Program-made: the position numbers and the translations under genes
Notes under the pieces: generated by a model
Told to the model about the DNA's origin: nothing
Database searches by the model: none
The model's input: only the letters and a program-made list of their open reading frames with translations
Assembly: GCA_013239625.1 (NCBI GenBank)
Contig: MU054212.1
Coordinates: forward strand, 5,738,270 to 5,802,269
Direction of reading: 5' to 3'
From: Lama guanicoe
Taxonomy: Eukaryota
DNA length: 64,000 bases
Shown here: piece by piece, positions 61,171 to 64,000 of the stretch
How positions within the stretch are numbered: the first letter of the stretch is position 1
Layout of the letters: each line of letters starts with the position of its first letter

Positions 61171-63439
61171 CTTATTTTCAGGGCTTATTCCTTTTGGAAG
61201 GAAATAATTGTGGTGCTTCTTGCTTAATTTTGTTTTCTTGTAAGTAAAAGTATTATAAAATTTGTGGCATCTCACAATCTCTTGCCCAATTCTCTCATTT
61301 TATAGAAGAGGAATCTAACTAGAGAGGTTAAATGACCACAACCAGCTAGTTGTGGTACAAAACCTTGAACCCATCACTCAGGTACCCTGGCCACCATGCT
61401 TTTGAATACTAGAATTTCGTCAGACATGAAGAAGATCCAGTTTGATCTGTTGCAAGGTCTTCACTATTTCCTAATTGGAATAAAAAGTATCTCTCAAGAA
61501 AAGAAAATAGGTTTTGTGAAGTTTAAGTGCAGAATGGTTAAAATATCACAATGCCAGAAGGTTATTTACATGTCTTGTAGTCTTTTCCAAATTATATGTA
61601 TCATCAGTGGTTACAGCCATTCCTTACTTTGGTTATTCACAACCAAGATTCTGCTACATTTCATTACAATTGGATGAAATCCATAGGTAGCCAAGGAGCA
61701 GTGGTGCCATGGTCATTTTAACACTCAGTCAACAACCAGCCATGTAATGTCTTATATGCACTCAGTCCTGAGGCAAATCTTGATGAGGATATTTCTTGAA
61801 GTTTGGATTCCGTTAGGCTAATGATTCTAAGAATTATGAAACAATTGGTGAATAACGAAATGTAAGGTGCTAATGGGATCAAAACTGAAAATACTAAGAG
61901 ATTTGGAAAATGAAAAATAAAATAGTAGTAAGTGATTTAACCAGTAGATTAAAATTTTTAAAGAAGGCAAAAACACTTCAGAGAAGGGTAAGCAAATTTT
62001 TAATCTGTGATCTGTCTATCAATATGCAAAGATTTAAAGGTGCTTTGAAAAGAGAAACTCCGCCTCTGGTGATGCCTTCCTCCATACCACCCATAGAAAC
62101 GAGACCAGATTAATTTCATTATTTCTCTCAACATGATCAGTGGAAAGAAACTTCTCTATTATTCTAAGATTGCAATACCACTTATATATAACCCATGCCT
62201 CTGAAATTGGCATATGTTAAAAACATCATCTCAAACAAAATAGAAAGCATAAAGCAAGATTTCCCCTGCTTAAGAGTTAGGGTACTGATTTAACTACGAG
62301 ATAAAGATGACATAGCATTTATGTTAAGGTTTGAAAATGAACCCAGAAGCCCAGGAAATGAGATTTAATAAATTAATATAATAGTATATACTTTGAGTCA
62401 TATCTCCTGCCCCACGGAATTACTTGAGGAGAGAACATTATTAAATGAATAAACAGGTTCTCCTAGAAAAGTTTTATCAGGTGAAGGGAAAGGAAGATAC
62501 TAAGAAAACAGAGAATTTATAAACTTATTTCAGAAAAACATTATTTTTAAAGAATTCCCTCTTTTGGTTTAGATATTTCTGATTGCAATATATTACGGAA
62601 TGTAATAATGTTTTATATATGTCTTCAATAAAAATATGTGACAAGAAAAAACTGTTTCATTTTCTCTTTGGCCCATTTACTATTCCAGACACAAACACAC
62701 ATTTCGAAATCTTTTCCCATTTTGCTCCTAGGTGATTGTCATCTTTATCATCACATGTACAATACATGAATTCACTTATCAATTGAAATTCAGTATAACT
62801 TATCAGTGGTAGAATTTCTCAAATCATCATTTTATTACTAAGTGCTCACTATAAACTAACAAATCAATTGCATAAACTCCAGAAATTGTTCTAGACATTG
62901 TATAAATGATAAAATGTCATCTTTCTCACCCAATTTAAACTTAACAAAATTATTACTATTATTTTTGTACCAGAAATTCTCTGGAGCACCTAAAAGGCAG
63001 TGTCTCCAGTTGAGCAGAGTTGCCTCTAGACAGCAGCCCTTCGAATGACCTCTGAAAGGTTTGTGCAAACGCCACCCTTTGCAGGAGGACTCCAGTATAA
63101 ACTCATGAAGACGATTACATTTTAGGAGAAATTTACCATTTGCACAAAGAGTAATAAAGTCATGGAAAACAACCTCACATGCTTTCTGAAAGAAGTCATG
63201 AGATAGCTGAATAACAAGAAAGTGAATCTGGGAAATGTAGCTCATCAAAGACAAAGTGAAGCAAAGCTGAAAGCTGGTCATCCAAATCCAGCAGACAGAT
63301 ACCTAAAACAACTCGTTTTCTTGCAGTGAGAGCAGACTTGCTTTTCCCAGAGTTGGTCAGTATAAAGGTATGAGAGTGCGAATTCGGCACCAAGACTCTG
63401 ACATTGAATTTTTCTACTATACTCTTCTGTAATTTGATT

Positions 63440-63900
63440 TTCCCACATTATCATGAACATCATTCTATGTACACATACATATACATTTTTCAAAATTCTG
63501 CATAATACTCATTAATTCGTACCACGCATGTTTAACCATTCCCTTAATCCCACAGAATTGGATTGAGTCCAGGTTTTGCTATTAATAACAATACCACAAT
63601 GAACATTTATATATATACATATATACACATATATATGCACACACATGTACATAATCAAAGAAACACACACATGTTGAAATATTTCTATAAGACAGACTCT
63701 TAAAAAGGAGGTTGCCATATCAAAGGATACATGCAAATAATTTTTCATAGAGTTTTCCCAAATTGCCTTCTCAACAAGATGTGCCAATTTACATCCCATC
63801 GACAGTTCTTGATAGGACTTCCTTAACCACAAACAATATTAATTGACTTTATCAGTTTTTTAATTTTTAATAATCTAGTAAGAATTATGATTACCTGATA
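63440..63900 (-). mobile_element. Old L1M fragment
   Basis: tccaggttttgctatt...caatgaacattt...ccaaattgccttctc...gtgccaatttacatccca is an antisense L1M ORF2-end/3' pattern. Confidence 0.65.
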
Positions 63901-64000
63901 TTCATCCATCATCTAGACAGCTTCTGACAATCAATAAATGTCAATTGATTGAATAAAAGAATGAACCATTAAATGATTATTATAAATTACCACATACGCT

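Noticed and set aside
1-64000. CRISPR arrays, operons or another novel multi-gene system
   Set aside because: Mammalian intron-rich locus; no regularly spaced repeat-spacer array and no unexplained long ORFs.

Overview
Mammalian genomic DNA from the desmoglein cluster, with both genes on the + strand. It is very probably a camelid, judged from three tRNA-Ala-derived SINEs of the camelid vic-1 type. The window holds the 3' half of DSG1 (exons 10-15 by human numbering, 997-9571, plus 3' UTR) and about 12 kb of repeat-rich spacer. It also holds a complete, intact 16-exon DSG4 (ATG 23455, stop 59838), which I spliced by hand to a 3123-nt CDS (1040 aa) with GT-AG introns and consistent phases. A 148-N assembly gap sits in the DSG4 proximal promoter. 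The rest is introns with old repeats (MIR, L2, L1, MER58, LTRs) and microsatellites. I found no new multi-gene system. The best observations cluster around DSG4 exons 15-16: three substitutions in the normally invariant KAYAYADEDEGR motif; a CpG-dense exon 15 with AT-to-GC amino-acid changes; an apparently decayed remnant of the human long-isoform exon extension; and a SINE bringing a competing splice donor. DSG1 shows loss of a juxtamembrane Cys and a hypervariable Ser/Thr/Gly stalk. Comparisons with human proteins are from memory and need checking by alignment. Repeat subfamily names and boundaries are approximate.
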